From contig CAVTRY010000011.1 of the NCBI GenBank assembly GCA_963737265.1, forward strand, positions 192,001-256,000: 64,000 bases of DNA. The letters run 5' to 3'. Under the pieces are notes generated by a model. The model did not search any database and was not told where the DNA came from. It worked only from the letters and a program-made list of their open reading frames with translations. The position numbers and the translations under genes are program-made. Source of the stretch: an uncultured delta proteobacterium. Lineage in GTDB: Bacteria; Myxococcota_A; Polyangia; Fen-1088. Of this stretch, positions 49,886 through 61,323 are shown in pieces (positions within the stretch are counted from its first letter, which is position 1; each line of letters begins with the position of its first letter).

Positions 49886-51727
49886 TTGCCTTTGTTGCCA
49901 CGCGAGAAAATTGACGACGTCCGCGAACGTACGAACATCGTCGACGTCGTCAAACGGTATGTGGAGCTCAAGCGAGCCGGCACGGGAAGTTGGAAAGGTC
50001 TTTGCCCATTTCACGCGGAAAAAACGCCGTCCTTCCATGTCCATGAGCAGCGCCAGTTTTTTCACTGTTTTGGGTGCGGCGAGAAGGGCGACGTCTTCTC
50101 GTTCCTCGTCAAAATCGAGCAGCGCTCGTTCATGGAAGTGCTGCGCGACCTGGCCCGGCAATCGGGCGTCGACATGCCAGAGCCAACCCTATCCCCGGCC
50201 GAACGCCAAGCCGCCGCGGAGGCCGAGTCCGAACGCGAGCGGATGTTGCGCGCCATGGAAGAGGCGACCCGCTTTTACGAGACGCAATTGGCTGGACAGG
50301 CGGGATCTGCCGCGCGCGACTACCTCGACAAGCGCGGGATCTCGAAAGCAACAGCCGAGCTTTTCCGCGTGGGCTACGCGCCTCCCGGTTGGGATGCTTT
50401 ACAGAAGCACCTTTCTTCCCAGAACGTGGCGGCTTCCCTGGCGGAGCGCTTGGGGTTGGTCGGCAGCAACGAACGTGGCCGCTACGACTTCTTCCGCGAT
50501 CGGGTCATGCTGCCCGTGCTGGACAAGCAAAAGCGCCCTGTCGGTTTCTCGTCGCGACTTCTCGACCCAGACGCCAAGGAGCGCAAGTACGTCAACTCGC
50601 CCGATTCACCGCTATTTCACAAGAAGGAAAACCTTTACGGCCTGCACGCGGCGCTCGACGCCATTCGGCGGAGCGGAACCGCCATTCTCGTGGAAGGCAA
50701 CTTCGACGTGATGGCCCTTCATGAAGCCGGCATCGAAGGGGCTGTGGCGCCGATGGGCACCGCTCTCACCGTCGAGCAAATCAAGCTGCTGTCGCGCGCC
50801 GCCAAGCGCATCGTGGTGATATTTGACGGCGACAACGCCGGCTCGCGCGCGGCGGAAAAGGCCGTTCCCCTCGCCGTGGAGGCGGGCTTGTTCTTCGCCG
50901 AAGCAGACGCGGACGGCCGCGTGGCCGAGATGCCTGCGGGCATGGATCCCGATGAGTTCGTCCGCGCGCAAGGCGCCGATGCGTTCCGCGCCGTCGTGGC
51001 GCAGGCCAGGCCCATGCTGGACCACCTTATTCAGTGCGCTTCCGACGATGCGACCATTCCCGGTAAGGCCAATACCGTCAAGCGCGTGGTAGATGTGCTG
51101 GCCAAAGTGAGAAATCCTCTCGTCCGCGATCTCTATGTCCGCGATCTCGCGGCCAAGCTGGGCGTGCCGGTGGCGCAGGTCATGCGCATGGTGCGCGAGT
51201 CCAGCCATCGAGCGCCGGGGGGCGGCGCCGTGGCGCCCGCAGCGGCGGCGCCGGCTGGGCAAGAGCGCCGGGCACCTCAGCCCGACGAGCTCGATGCCCT
51301 GGTGTTGCTCGTCACGCATCCAGAGCTGGCGGCCAGCGTGGAGGCGCAGCGGATTCTCGAGCTCCTGCGCGACCCTGGCATTCGGCAAATCTATGGGACC
51401 GCGCTCGATGCCTTGCGCGCGGGATGCCGTCCCGACGTGCCAGCTTGGCTCGACAGCGGTCCGCCGGATATCCGCGAGCATGTGGGCGCGGCGCTGATGG
51501 ACGGCCGGTGGTCTGCCTTGGAGGCCGCCGACGAGGCCTTGCGTGCGTTGGTGCTCAAATTGGACCGCTCGCGGGTTGATGCAGAACTAGCTCTGGCGCA
51601 GCGCCAACACCGAGAAGCGCTGGCACGAGGGGACGAAGAAGAAGCGCGTGCCATCTCCATGCGGGAGATGGAATTGATAAGAACCAAGTTGGGGCTAGGA
51701 AACCAGAGTAAAGGCATGGCGACATGA
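49886..51727 (+). CDS. dnaG: DNA primase
   Basis: [15 protein letters not shown] zinc finger, FRDRVM, KYVNSP, VEGNFDV, FDGDNAG, DPDE. Confidence 0.98.
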   Translation: MPLLPREKIDDVRERTNIVDVVKRYVELKRAGTGSWKGLCPFHAEKTPSFHVHEQRQFFHCFGCGEKGDVFSFLVKIEQRSFMEVLRDLARQSGVDMPEPTLSPAERQAAAEAESERERMLRAMEEATRFYETQLAGQAGSAARDYLDKRGISKATAELFRVGYAPPGWDALQKHLSSQNVAASLAERLGLVGSNERGRYDFFRDRVMLPVLDKQKRPVGFSSRLLDPDAKERKYVNSPDSPLFHKKENLYGLHAALDAIRRSGTAILVEGNFDVMALHEAGIEGAVAPMGTALTVEQIKLLSRAAKRIVVIFDGDNAGSRAAEKAVPLAVEAGLFFAEADADGRVAEMPAGMDPDEFVRAQGADAFRAVVAQARPMLDHLIQCASDDATIPGKANTVKRVVDVLAKVRNPLVRDLYVRDLAAKLGVPVAQVMRMVRESSHRAPGGGAVAPAAAAPAGQERRAPQPDELDALVLLVTHPELAASVEAQRILELLRDPGIRQIYGTALDALRAGCRPDVPAWLDSGPPDIREHVGAALMDGRWSALEAADEALRALVLKLDRSRVDAELALAQRQHREALARGDEEEARAISMREMELIRTKLGLGNQSKGMAT

Positions 51728-53607
51728 TCGAGGATGCCGAGGACCGAGTAAGCGACGACAACCAGGACGACGACGACCTTGAGGAAGTGAGCAAGCAGCT
51801 TGCGGCCAAGAAAGGCTCCGCCAACAAGGAGAGCGAGCGCAAGAAGCGCGAGCTCATCACGATGGGCAAGGCCAAGGGCTTCCTGACCTACGACGAGGTC
51901 AACGACCACATGCCCGAGAACATCGTGTCGTCCGACCAAATCGACGATTGGCTGTCGACGCTGGGTGGTGAGGGCATCGAAATCGTCGATGCCTCGACCC
52001 AGGTCAAGGTCGAGGACAAGGCGCCAGCGGCCCCCGAAGCGGAAGCCGAGGAAGAGGCCGAAGCCGAGCCCGCGCCCCGCGCGGCTGAAGTCGAGGAAGA
52101 GGAGGAGGACGACGGTTACTCTAAGACCAACGATCCGGTGCGTATGTATTTGCGCAAGATGGGGTCTGTTTCTCTGCTTACCCGCGAAGGCGAAGTCGAG
52201 ATCGCGAAGCGCATCGAAGACGGCGAGCGCCGCGTGCTGCAGGTCGTGCTCAACTCGTCGGTCGCCATCGAAGAAATCCTGGAGCTCGGCGACAAGCTGC
52301 GTAAGCAGAAGATCCGGGTCAAGGAAGTCGTCAAGGACGCGGACGAGGACGACGCGGAGTTTGACGAGTCTTTCCACGTCGAGCGCGTGTGTAAGATCAT
52401 CGACAAGGTCCGTCACGCCTTCAAGGATCTGGAAAAGGTCGAGGACAAAAAAGGCCAGCGTGGTCTGTCCGACAGCACGAAGCGCAAGGCGAAGTCGCAG
52501 GTCGCGGCGCTCAAGCAAGATCTGCTCGATGCCTTGCAGGAGCTGCGGCTCAACAAGAAGCAGATCGATCGCATTGTGGTCCGCCTCAAGGGTCTGGTTT
52601 CGCGTATCGAATCGGCCCGGCGCGAGATCGCAGACTGCGAGCAGCGCGCCGGCATGAACGAGAAAGAGTTCAAGAAGACCCTGCGTGAGATCCGCGCGTC
52701 GCCGCTGCGTCAGCGCGCGGTGGCCAAGAAGCTCGGCGTGCGCGCCGAGGAGCTCGAAGAGATCTCCGAGATCATCGCCAACGCACGCAAGAAGGTCAAG
52801 AAGATCGAGGAAGAGGCAACCCTCGACGAGTCCAGCCTGCGCGATACCGTGCGGGAAATTCAGGATGGCGAGCGGCAGGCGGAGCAGGCCAAGGCCGAGT
52901 TGGTGGAAGCCAACTTGCGCCTGGTCGTCTCCATCGCCAAGAAGTACACCAACCGCGGCTTGCAGTTCCTGGACTTGATCCAGGAGGGCAACATCGGACT
53001 CATGAAAGCCGTCGACAAATTCGAATACCGCCGCGGCTACAAGTTCTCGACCTACGCCACATGGTGGATTCGCCAAGCCATCACGCGCGCCATTGCCGAC
53101 CAGGCGCGGACCATCCGCATCCCGGTCCACATGATCGAGACCATCAACAAGCTCATCCGCACCAGCCGCTATCTGGTGCAGGAGCTGGGGCGCGAGGCGA
53201 CGCCAGAAGAAATCGCCGAGAAGATGGAGCTGCCGCTCGATAAGGTCCGCAAGGTCCTCAAGATCGCTAAGGAGCCAATCTCGCTCGAAACCCCGATTGG
53301 CGAAGAGGAAGACTCGCATCTCGGCGACTTCATCGAGGACAAGAGCATCGTCTCGCCCGCCGACGCAGTCATCTCGATGAACCTGGCCGAGCAGACGCGC
53401 AAGGTGTTGGCCACGCTGACCCCGCGCGAGGAAAAAGTTCTGCGCATGCGTTTTGGCATCGGCGAAAAGTCGGATCACACCTTGGAAGAGGTCGGGCAGG
53501 ACTTCGAGGTCACGCGCGAGCGTATCCGGCAGATCGAAGCCAAGGCTCTGCGCAAGCTACGTCATCCGTCGCGCAGCAAGCGTCTCAAGAGCTTCATGGA
53601 GAGCTAA
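51724..53607 (+). CDS. rpoD: RNA polymerase primary sigma factor
   Basis: Region 1.1, [48 protein letters not shown]; coupled to dnaG. Confidence 0.99.
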   Translation: MIEDAEDRVSDDNQDDDDLEEVSKQLAAKKGSANKESERKKRELITMGKAKGFLTYDEVNDHMPENIVSSDQIDDWLSTLGGEGIEIVDASTQVKVEDKAPAAPEAEAEEEAEAEPAPRAAEVEEEEEDDGYSKTNDPVRMYLRKMGSVSLLTREGEVEIAKRIEDGERRVLQVVLNSSVAIEEILELGDKLRKQKIRVKEVVKDADEDDAEFDESFHVERVCKIIDKVRHAFKDLEKVEDKKGQRGLSDSTKRKAKSQVAALKQDLLDALQELRLNKKQIDRIVVRLKGLVSRIESARREIADCEQRAGMNEKEFKKTLREIRASPLRQRAVAKKLGVRAEELEEISEIIANARKKVKKIEEEATLDESSLRDTVREIQDGERQAEQAKAELVEANLRLVVSIAKKYTNRGLQFLDLIQEGNIGLMKAVDKFEYRRGYKFSTYATWWIRQAITRAIADQARTIRIPVHMIETINKLIRTSRYLVQELGREATPEEIAEKMELPLDKVRKVLKIAKEPISLETPIGEEEDSHLGDFIEDKSIVSPADAVISMNLAEQTRKVLATLTPREEKVLRMRFGIGEKSDHTLEEVGQDFEVTRERIRQIEAKALRKLRHPSRSKRLKSFMES

Positions 53608-54541
53608 CAGGCAGCGCGGCGTCTGCGAGGAGGTCGGCCAAGAGGGCGATCTCGTGCGGGCCGAGATCGTTGGTAGGCAAACGCGGGAGCTCAAGCATGG
53701 GCAGTGCAGGGTCGCCGGCCAAGCCGGCCACGATGCGCTCGGCATCGCGGCGGCGCGCCGCCAGCACGGCCGCGCCCGCCAGAAGGCCGGCCAACCGGGT
53801 GGGCGGCGGCACGCTGGCACCCGCCACAAGAATTTTTTCAATGCCTGGATCGCCGGCCTCGACCGGCGGCATTCCGTTCACCACGAGGGGCCCCTGCGGC
53901 ATCCCCAGCGCGCGGATGTCGCGCGCTAGGGTCACGGTCTCGCGCGCGGGCAGCTCCTCGGCTAGCGTCACGAGGACAACCGAAGTCTGACTGGCATCGG
54001 ACAGTAAGGCTCTGGCCAGGGCCGCGTCGCGCGCCAGCGGCCCCTTGGGCATCGCCTGCTGGACGGCGTCCGGGATGCGCAGCATCGCCACTGCGTGCCC
54101 GGAGGCCGGCCCGTCGAGAATGACTAGGTCGTATTTGCGCCGTCCGTTCACGCGTTCGGTGGTGTGCCACCAAGCCTTGCCGAGCATGCTCCAGTAGTCG
54201 AGGCCAGGAAACGCGCCGAGGAAGCTGCGCATGGGCTTGTTCTCAAACAGCGCGCGGTAGAGCGACTCGTACTTGAGAACCATGACGCCGTACTCGTGCA
54301 GCGCCACCTTGGGGTCGATGTTGACGGCGAAGAGCCGATCATCGATGGCTGTGACCGTTGAGCCGATGGCGCTCGCGCTGCCGAGCAATCGTCCGAGACG
54401 TTCGGGCGCGTGTGTCTGCGCGAGCAGGACGCGCTTGCCCAGGCTGGTCGCCGCGCGGGCCAGCGCGGCCGCGATCGTGGTTCGCCCGACGCCACCCTTC
54501 CCGGCAACGAGCAAAAATCGCCGGTCGAGAAGGTGTTTCAT
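53594..54541 (-). CDS. ArsA/Get3-family ATPase (single domain)
   Basis: [37 protein letters not shown]. Confidence 0.88.
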   Translation of the reverse strand: MKHLLDRRFLLVAGKGGVGRTTIAAALARAATSLGKRVLLAQTHAPERLGRLLGSASAIGSTVTAIDDRLFAVNIDPKVALHEYGVMVLKYESLYRALFENKPMRSFLGAFPGLDYWSMLGKAWWHTTERVNGRRKYDLVILDGPASGHAVAMLRIPDAVQQAMPKGPLARDAALARALLSDASQTSVVLVTLAEELPARETVTLARDIRALGMPQGPLVVNGMPPVEAGDPGIEKILVAGASVPPPTRLAGLLAGAAVLAARRRDAERIVAGLAGDPALPMLELPRLPTNDLGPHEIALLADLLADAALPVSSP

Positions 54542-54616
54542 GACCACCACTGGCCGTTGCGAGAATCCAAGAAGGGTATTGCGAGCACCATGGGCCTGGA
54601 TGCCTATAATGCGTCG

Positions 54617-55879
54617 ATGTCCCGCAAACCAGCAATGTTCGTCAGCAGTGAAAAGTCCGATCCCGACGACGGGCATGCCGTCGCGCGCGATTCGGCCGCC
54701 AAGGTGGTGCTCAAGCGGGGGCGCGCCCGACCTCTCTGGTTCGGTCATCCCTGGGTGTACGCCAACGCCGTCGACCGTGTCGAGGGCAGAGTCGAGCCCG
54801 GGTGTGTGATTTCGCTCCTCGATCATGACGGCCGCTTCATCGGCCGCGGCATCTACAATTCGCGTTCGCAGATTCCGATTCGCCTGCTTTCGCGCCAGGA
54901 AGAGGCAATCGATGCTCCGTTTTTCAATCGGCGCCTGCGCGCGGCACAGCTACTGCGATCCAGCCTGGCCCTGCCCGACGCGAAAAACACCGCCTATCGC
55001 CTGGTGAACAGCGAGGGCGACGACTTGCCCGGGCTGGTCGTCGACGTATTCGGCGACGCCGTGGCGTTTCAGGTGACGACGCTCGGGATGTCGCTGTGGC
55101 GCGAGGAAATCGTGGCGGCTCTCGGGGACGTGCTTGCGCCAGTGTCCGTCTACGAAGTGTCGGCGGGCAGCTTCGCCGACGTCGAGGGGTTCGTCGCGGA
55201 GTCACGCATCGTGGGCGGCGAATCGCGCATCTCGGTGCCTTGTTTGGAAGACGGGATCCAGCTGGAGGTTGAACCGTTGGCGGGACAGAAGACCGGGCTC
55301 TTCCTCGACCAGCGGCCGAGCCGCATGCGAGTGGGCGAGATCGTGCGCGCGGCGCCTCGCAAGTTCCAGCGCGTGCTCGACTGCTATGCCTACGCTGGCG
55401 GCTTCTCCCTGCAGGCCGCGCGCGCCGGGGCAGGGGAGATCACCGCGGTGGACAGCTCGTCTCGCGCCGTGGCGCGCGTCGAAGCCCACGCGCAAGCCAA
55501 CGGCGCAAAGATTCGGGCGGTGGAGTCGGACGCCTTCCGTTTTCTGGAAACTGCCACACCCCATTCCTACGATCTGGTGGTGGTGGATCCGCCGAAGTTC
55601 GCGCGGGCGCGAAAGGATCTGGAGGCCGCCATCAAGGGGTATGAACGGCTGAACGCACTCGCGCTTACGGCATGCGCGCCGGGTGCAGTGCTGGTGACCT
55701 GCTCGTGCTCGCAGAACGTCAGCGCGGAGGATTTTGAACGCATCGTCGCCGCCGGCGCCCGGCAAGCCAGCCGTCATGTTCGAATCGTCGACCGTCTAGG
55801 ACCCGGTCCCGACCATCCTTTGCCACCCGGATTCAGCGAGGGTCAATACTTAAAGGTCTTCTTTGTCTACGTGTCGTAA
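54617..55879 (+). CDS. RlmI-like SAM-dependent rRNA methyltransferase
   Basis: PUA domain GHPWVY, RLVNSEGDDLPGL, GQKTGLFLDQR, YAGGF, DPPKF, TCSCS, YLK. Start uncertain (TATAAT at 54605). Confidence 0.92.
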   Translation: MSRKPAMFVSSEKSDPDDGHAVARDSAAKVVLKRGRARPLWFGHPWVYANAVDRVEGRVEPGCVISLLDHDGRFIGRGIYNSRSQIPIRLLSRQEEAIDAPFFNRRLRAAQLLRSSLALPDAKNTAYRLVNSEGDDLPGLVVDVFGDAVAFQVTTLGMSLWREEIVAALGDVLAPVSVYEVSAGSFADVEGFVAESRIVGGESRISVPCLEDGIQLEVEPLAGQKTGLFLDQRPSRMRVGEIVRAAPRKFQRVLDCYAYAGGFSLQAARAGAGEITAVDSSSRAVARVEAHAQANGAKIRAVESDAFRFLETATPHSYDLVVVDPPKFARARKDLEAAIKGYERLNALALTACAPGAVLVTCSCSQNVSAEDFERIVAAGARQASRHVRIVDRLGPGPDHPLPPGFSEGQYLKVFFVYVS

Positions 55880-55885
55880 GTCTGG

Positions 55886-56260
55886 CTACTTGCTAGGAAG
55901 AACGCCGGTTGGAGAGGTTTGCAACACGACGATGTAGTAGACCAACATCGCCACGATCATGGCCAACGAAACCCACTCGAAGGGGATGCGCCCGAAGAGC
56001 AGATAGCGCTTGGCGAAGAAACGACCGCGCGATCGTTTGTTGATCTGGGCCTGCACATTCGCCAGGAAGGCGCCCGGCGCGGTTCGCTTGAGAACGCCGA
56101 GCCCGCCCACGGTCTGGCGGAAGCGCTCCAGAGACACTCGGCACTGGATGCACGTCGCCAGGTGCTCGTCGACTCGGGCGCGCTCGGCGGGGGGCAAGTC
56201 GCCATCGACGTAGGCCGAGAATGCCCGCGTGGTTCGTTCGTGGTTTTCGGTCAAGTTCAC
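55886..56260 (-). CDS. Anti-sigma factor (zf-HC2, single TM)
   Basis: SAYVDGDL..HLATCIQC and C-terminal TM; overlaps the ECF sigma stop. Confidence 0.9.
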   Translation of the reverse strand: MNLTENHERTTRAFSAYVDGDLPPAERARVDEHLATCIQCRVSLERFRQTVGGLGVLKRTAPGAFLANVQAQINKRSRGRFFAKRYLLFGRIPFEWVSLAMIVAMLVYYIVVLQTSPTGVLPSK

Positions 56261-56841
56261 TTCAGTTTCCCCTCAAGCGCGTCCTTGAGCGCCATGCGAG
56301 CGCGATGCAGGCGCGATTTCACCGTGCCTTCCGGCAGCCCGGTGATTTCCACGATTTCGTCGTAGGACAGTTCTTCCACATCGCGCAGCACTACCAGGAG
56401 GCGCTGTTCTTCGTCGAGGTTGGCAATCGCCGTTTGCAGGATTTTCTCCGTCTCGGCCGCTTCCAGCACCACGTCCGGGGCATCGAAGTGTGCTTGTGCC
56501 GGCGCCTTGCCTTCATCGGCCATTTCGGTGGCATCCGAGCCGTCGCGCAGTTCTTGCCCGCTGGTCCTGCGGCGGGAAAGGTACTTGATTCGGTTCTTCG
56601 AATGGTTGGCGGCGATGCGCAGGATCCAGGTGGAGAGCTTGGCCTCGCCGCGGTAGCTCTCGATGTTCTTGAAGACCGTCACGAAGACTTCCTGGGCCAG
56701 GTCTTCCGCTTCGGCCGGCGAACCCACCATGCGCAGAACCAGGCTGTAGACGCGGTCGCTGTAACTTCTCACCACCTCGTTGAAGGCATCTTCGTCCCGC
56801 TTGAGCAGGCGATTGATGAGAAGGCGTTCCGACAAGCTCAT
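56257..56841 (-). CDS. ECF RNA polymerase sigma factor
   Basis: AEDLAQEVF, STWILRIAAN, LSYDEI..GTVKSRLHRAR. Confidence 0.95.
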   Translation of the reverse strand: MSLSERLLINRLLKRDEDAFNEVVRSYSDRVYSLVLRMVGSPAEAEDLAQEVFVTVFKNIESYRGEAKLSTWILRIAANHSKNRIKYLSRRRTSGQELRDGSDATEMADEGKAPAQAHFDAPDVVLEAAETEKILQTAIANLDEEQRLLVVLRDVEELSYDEIVEITGLPEGTVKSRLHRARMALKDALEGKLK

Positions 56842-57002
56842 TTCGAACCGTGTTCGCTGGCCGCCGGGCTGCGATACCCGGTCGAGTTTTTCGCCGAAAC
56901 CGGCTGCTGCGGTCGGTGGCAGGGACGCCTCCACGTCTCTACTGACACCGCCGCGAGCAGGAAGTTCCGGGGGAATAGCAAGCGAAGGCCAGTCTAACCG
57001 GA

Positions 57003-57887
57003 TTACATGCTGGGAACGAAGAGACGTGCGCTGATTCCCACCACGGTCGACTTGTTGTTCCCCGAGATGTCCTGGCGCATTCCGAGGTCGAGGGCGCCCA
57101 CGTCCGCCGACAGTAGCGAAAACCCCGCCGAGACGTAGCCGTTCTTGGTCAGGCCGTCGTGACCGCCGCCGGCGCGAACGGCCGCCGCCGAGGCGAACGA
57201 GAATTCGCCACCGCCCATGAAATAGTAGACTTGGTCGCGGGTGACGTCGCCGTAGACCTTCTGCAGGACCGTGTCGAAGACGAAGAGCAGGCCGGGGATG
57301 GGAAGAAGGGCGACTCCGCCGCCCACGCCACGTGGCGCCCACGGCGTTCCAAGGTCGCGCAGGTTGTAGGCGACGGCGGCGAGCGAGAACAAGGGCACCG
57401 GACGAATGGTCAAGCCGGCATCGAAGGTGAACCCGATGTGTTTTTCGTCGGTCTCGTCGGTGAAATGGACGTACTTCACATTTCCGCCGAGAAAGATCTT
57501 ATCGAGCACTGGAAACGACAGCGAGCCGCCGACGAGATGCCCGATTCGCGTCTGGCCGTCGGCGGGAGAATCGTGATGATAGGTATAGTAAAGTGCGCCG
57601 CCCACGTTGAATCCCGAGGTGGAGTCCACCGCCGAGACGCGCGCGTCGTTCGAGTTGTCCGTCTTTCCGTATTGATAAGCGCCCTCGAGGAAATACGCTC
57701 GCATGAGCGAGATCCCGGATGGATTGAGCTGCGGTCCCGAGTCGCCGGTGGCGACAGCGCGCATGGCTCCGCCGGTCCCGAGAGGCCGCGCGCCGGGAAA
57801 TTGGGTCCCATCGGCACGCGCGAAATTGGCGAAACCGAAAAGACCGGTGACGGCGAGGGCGGCAAGAGCAGCAGTCCTGGAAATCAT
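57003..57887 (-). CDS. Hypothetical outer-membrane beta-barrel-like protein
   Basis: Signal peptide, ARPLGTGGA..NPSG motif, alternating beta-strand pattern. Confidence 0.65.
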   Translation of the reverse strand: MISRTAALAALAVTGLFGFANFARADGTQFPGARPLGTGGAMRAVATGDSGPQLNPSGISLMRAYFLEGAYQYGKTDNSNDARVSAVDSTSGFNVGGALYYTYHHDSPADGQTRIGHLVGGSLSFPVLDKIFLGGNVKYVHFTDETDEKHIGFTFDAGLTIRPVPLFSLAAVAYNLRDLGTPWAPRGVGGGVALLPIPGLLFVFDTVLQKVYGDVTRDQVYYFMGGGEFSFASAAAVRAGGGHDGLTKNGYVSAGFSLLSADVGALDLGMRQDISGNNKSTVVGISARLFVPSM

Positions 57888-57960
57888 GGGGGAATTGTAG
57901 GGCGCAACCGATCCCAGTCCAGAAAGGTGTCGTTGCGTTGCCGACGTCCGGAGCTTTGCC

Positions 57961-58639
57961 TCAGAGACAACCGCGACTGGCCAGGCTGACGAATCCATCG
58001 CTGGCGACAATAACGTGGTCGAGGACCGCGATGCCACAGAGTTCGCCGACCTGTTTCAAGCGGGTGGTCAATTCCATGTCCTGCCGGGAGGGGTTCGGGT
58101 TACCCGACGGGTGGTTGTGGCAAAAGATGACCGAAGCCGCCGCGCCGCGGATAAGGGTGCGAAACACATCGCGCGGGTGCACTTCCACGCCGGTGAGCGA
58201 ACCCCGTGCGACGCAGGATTCAAAGAGCATGCGATGGCGGACGTCGAGCGCCAGTAGCCAGAATTCCTCGACCGGAGAGTTGGCCAGCCGGGCCCGGTAG
58301 TGCGTCCAGACGTCGGCTGAATTGGCCAGAACGCTGGCCACGTTCGGGACGAATACCGGTCACCCGGCGGCCGAGCTCGATGGCGGCTTGGATGCCCGCC
58401 GCACGCGCTGGCCCCACGCCCGGCAACGCGCACAGCTCTGCCTCCGCGCATTCCGCCAGTCGGCGCAGATCGCCGGCTTGCGCCAGCAGGTCGTGCGCGA
58501 TTTCCAAGACATTTTGCCCCGGCCTACCCGAGCCGAGGAGAATGGCTAAAAGCTCGGCGTCGGAGAGACTTGCGGGACCGCTGGTGAGCAGTCGTTCGCG
58601 CGGTCGGTTTTCTGGAGCAAGGTCGAGAAGGGCAGGCAT
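57961..58639 (-). CDS. radC: RadC/JAB-domain protein (single-base frameshift near 58332)
   Basis: RPRERLL..LSDAELLAILL, GVGPARA; shifted frame VHPRDVF, HNHPSG, SRQD, VLDHVIV. Confidence 0.93.
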
Positions 58640-59054
58640 GTCGAGCTACTAAGCACGCGGCGTGCCAGCGTTTCCGTCAAAGTTCCTGTCAAAATAGACA
58701 GCATGTGAATCCTTGCGCATATCCGAGGAGCCGTGCTACCTTTCACCTGCGTTTTCGCAAGGCGAGCACTGTACTCGCCCGGACGCGAGTTGGGTCGCAG
58801 GGTTCCTTAGACCGACCCCAAGGGTGGCCCTGCAATTTGAGGCAATTTGACGGTTGATTTCGGGTGGAAGAAAAGGTCGTGTGGGAAAACGCAACTAATC
58901 CACGCAGAGAGAGTTCGGAGAGGAGTCGAGACTGAGTACCTCACTAGATGGCGAGCAGGCTGAAAAAGCCGCCGCCGATGAGTCTTCGCACAAGGACGCT
59001 GAAACCAGCGCACGGGAGTCTGTCCCCGAGAATGGTGAATCCGAGCCGACGCTG

Positions 59055-61304
59055 GTGATTCATCTTTCCGACGAGGAAGAGGCTGCCTTACCGCCTGTTC
59101 GTCCGCTCGCCAGCCCCCCGGCGTACACTTCCGTGGTCGCACCGGCCACGGCCGAACCCGTGCGCGAGTATTCACCAGCGCTGCGGCACGCGCTCGATCG
59201 CGCCAAGCCTATTCTCCGCATTCGCGATTTGCGTCCCGGCCAGGCAGAGGTCATCGAATCGGTCCTGATTGGACGCGACACGCTGGCCATCATGCCCACG
59301 GGCAGCGGGAAATCACTGACCTACCAGCTGCCCGCGCTATCGTTGCATGGGCCGACGCTGGTGGTCTCGCCCCTGCTTGCTTTGATCGAAGATCAGGTCG
59401 GCAAGATGAAGACCGCAGGCGTGCCCGTCGCGCGCATCGATTCCACCCGTACCGCCAAGGAGCGCGCTGCGGATCTGGAGGCGGTTCGCGAAGGCAGGAT
59501 CAAGCTCGTGCTCATCACGCCCGAGTCGGTCTGCTCGCCAGCCGTGCAGGATGCGCTCGCCGGTGTGAAGTTTTCGCTTTTTTGCGTCGACGAAGTTCAC
59601 TGTGTGTCGCAGTGGGGCCACGATTTTCGCCCGTCCTACCTGGGTTTGCGTCGTGCCGCCGAAGTGCTAGGAAGGCCGCCCATCCTCGGCCTGACCGCCA
59701 CCGCCACCCCTGCCATCGCTGAAGACGTCCTGGTGCAGCTTGGGATGAAGGATTCGCGCGTCTGCCGCGTTTCCTTCCACCGCCCGAACTTGGCCTTCGA
59801 CGTGCGCAAGGTGGCGGGCGAGGCGGACAAATTACGCGTTCTCGGAAAGCTCATCCAGAGCCTGCGCCGGCCGGGCATCGTCTACTGCGCAACCGTTCGC
59901 GCCGTGGACGAACTTTACGTGGCCCTGCGCCACGGCAAGATTCCGGTCGAACGCTACAACGGCAAGATGACCGGCGACGAGCGTGAGAAAGCGCAAGCAT
60001 CGTTCATGGCCTCGGGGCGCAAGGTGGTCATGATCGCCACCAACGCCTTCGGCCTCGGCGTCGACAAGCCGGATATTCGCTACATCATCCACTACCAGAT
60101 GCCCGGTTCGCCCGAGTCCTACGTGCAGGAAGCGGGTCGTGCCGGCCGCGACGGCAAGCCCGCTCGCTGCGTGCTGCTTTTCCAGCCCGACGACATCGCG
60201 ATTCAGGAACACTTCCTCAAAGAGGCGCATCCCACCAAGACGCAGGCGCGCTTGGTCGCCGAAGGGCTGTACGCCTGGAGCGACGAGGGCAAGGAAGTCT
60301 CGGTACGCGACCTGGCCCTGTCGATGGCACTGCCCGAGCGGCGCGTGCGCGTTGTTCTGTCGGTGCTCGAAGCCATGGGCGTGGCGAAGGAAGTCAAGGC
60401 CGCGCGCTGGGCCGGCGTCGAGCCGCGTCCCACGCGGGCGCAGATCGACAAGGCCTCCAGCGTGTTCGAAGCGCGGCGAATTTCCGATCGCCGCCGTCTG
60501 GCGGAGCTGCTGAAATACATGAATCTGCAGGAGTGCCGGACGCAAATGCTGCGCACGTACTTCGGCGAGGATCCGGGCCCCAAGTGTGGTTTGTGCGACT
60601 CCTGTGCGGGCCTCGACAGCGAGCTCTTCGATCCCGGCGACGCCGATGGCCGCCACGGCCTGCACGCCGCCACCGATTTTCACGGCCGCGCCCGCCGCCG
60701 GCGCCGGCGCGGCGAGAAGCCGGGCGTTCAGCAGCCCGCCCAGCAAGCTCAGCAACCAGCCGCGCGGCAGCGCATCGTGTTCGCCACGCCCATTCCTGAG
60801 GTCATGCCCGCCACCGTGCCTCCGCCGTGGGTGCCGCCGCCGGCTAGCGAGTCCGTTATCGATCCCTCGGTTTGGGAAGGTGCGCCCGCGGAAGGAGCGC
60901 TGCTGGCCGGCGAGATCGCTCTCGACCCGGGCGAAAGCGATGCTTGGATGACCGAGGCAGCGCCGAGCGGCGAGGCCGCCGCGTCGGCGGCGCCCGTTGT
61001 GAGCGATTTCGCCGCGGGCTGGGCATCAATCCGCGACGCGAATATCAGGCCCTTCGTGGAATGGATCGTTCCCTCGCCGGTCTCGCTGCCCGCGCTGCCG
61101 GCCGCGCGCAATGGCGGTGGACAGCAACAGCGGCCGAATCGAGGTGTGGCCCCTCGCCCGCAGCCGCAAAATGGTCAGCAGCCCGGCGATGGAAACCGCA
61201 AGCGCCGCCGACGCCGTCGCCACGGCGGGCGCCCACACGTCGAACCCGAAGCTCGCAACCGTACGCCGAGGCTCCCCGGCGTCTACAATCCCGGCGGCGA
61301 CTGA
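59055..61304 (+). CDS. recQ: RecQ-family ATP-dependent DNA helicase (possible CTG start at 58932)
   Basis: MPTGSGKS, DEVHCVSQWGHDFRPSY, TATA, ATNAFGLGVDK, QEAGRAGRDG, Zn-binding CR..CGLCDSC, low-complexity tail. Confidence 0.93.
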   Translation: MIHLSDEEEAALPPVRPLASPPAYTSVVAPATAEPVREYSPALRHALDRAKPILRIRDLRPGQAEVIESVLIGRDTLAIMPTGSGKSLTYQLPALSLHGPTLVVSPLLALIEDQVGKMKTAGVPVARIDSTRTAKERAADLEAVREGRIKLVLITPESVCSPAVQDALAGVKFSLFCVDEVHCVSQWGHDFRPSYLGLRRAAEVLGRPPILGLTATATPAIAEDVLVQLGMKDSRVCRVSFHRPNLAFDVRKVAGEADKLRVLGKLIQSLRRPGIVYCATVRAVDELYVALRHGKIPVERYNGKMTGDEREKAQASFMASGRKVVMIATNAFGLGVDKPDIRYIIHYQMPGSPESYVQEAGRAGRDGKPARCVLLFQPDDIAIQEHFLKEAHPTKTQARLVAEGLYAWSDEGKEVSVRDLALSMALPERRVRVVLSVLEAMGVAKEVKAARWAGVEPRPTRAQIDKASSVFEARRISDRRRLAELLKYMNLQECRTQMLRTYFGEDPGPKCGLCDSCAGLDSELFDPGDADGRHGLHAATDFHGRARRRRRRGEKPGVQQPAQQAQQPAARQRIVFATPIPEVMPATVPPPWVPPPASESVIDPSVWEGAPAEGALLAGEIALDPGESDAWMTEAAPSGEAAASAAPVVSDFAAGWASIRDANIRPFVEWIVPSPVSLPALPAARNGGGQQQRPNRGVAPRPQPQNGQQPGDGNRKRRRRRRHGGRPHVEPEARNRTPRLPGVYNPGGD

Positions 61305-61323
61305 AGACTGCGGCAAAAGGCTC

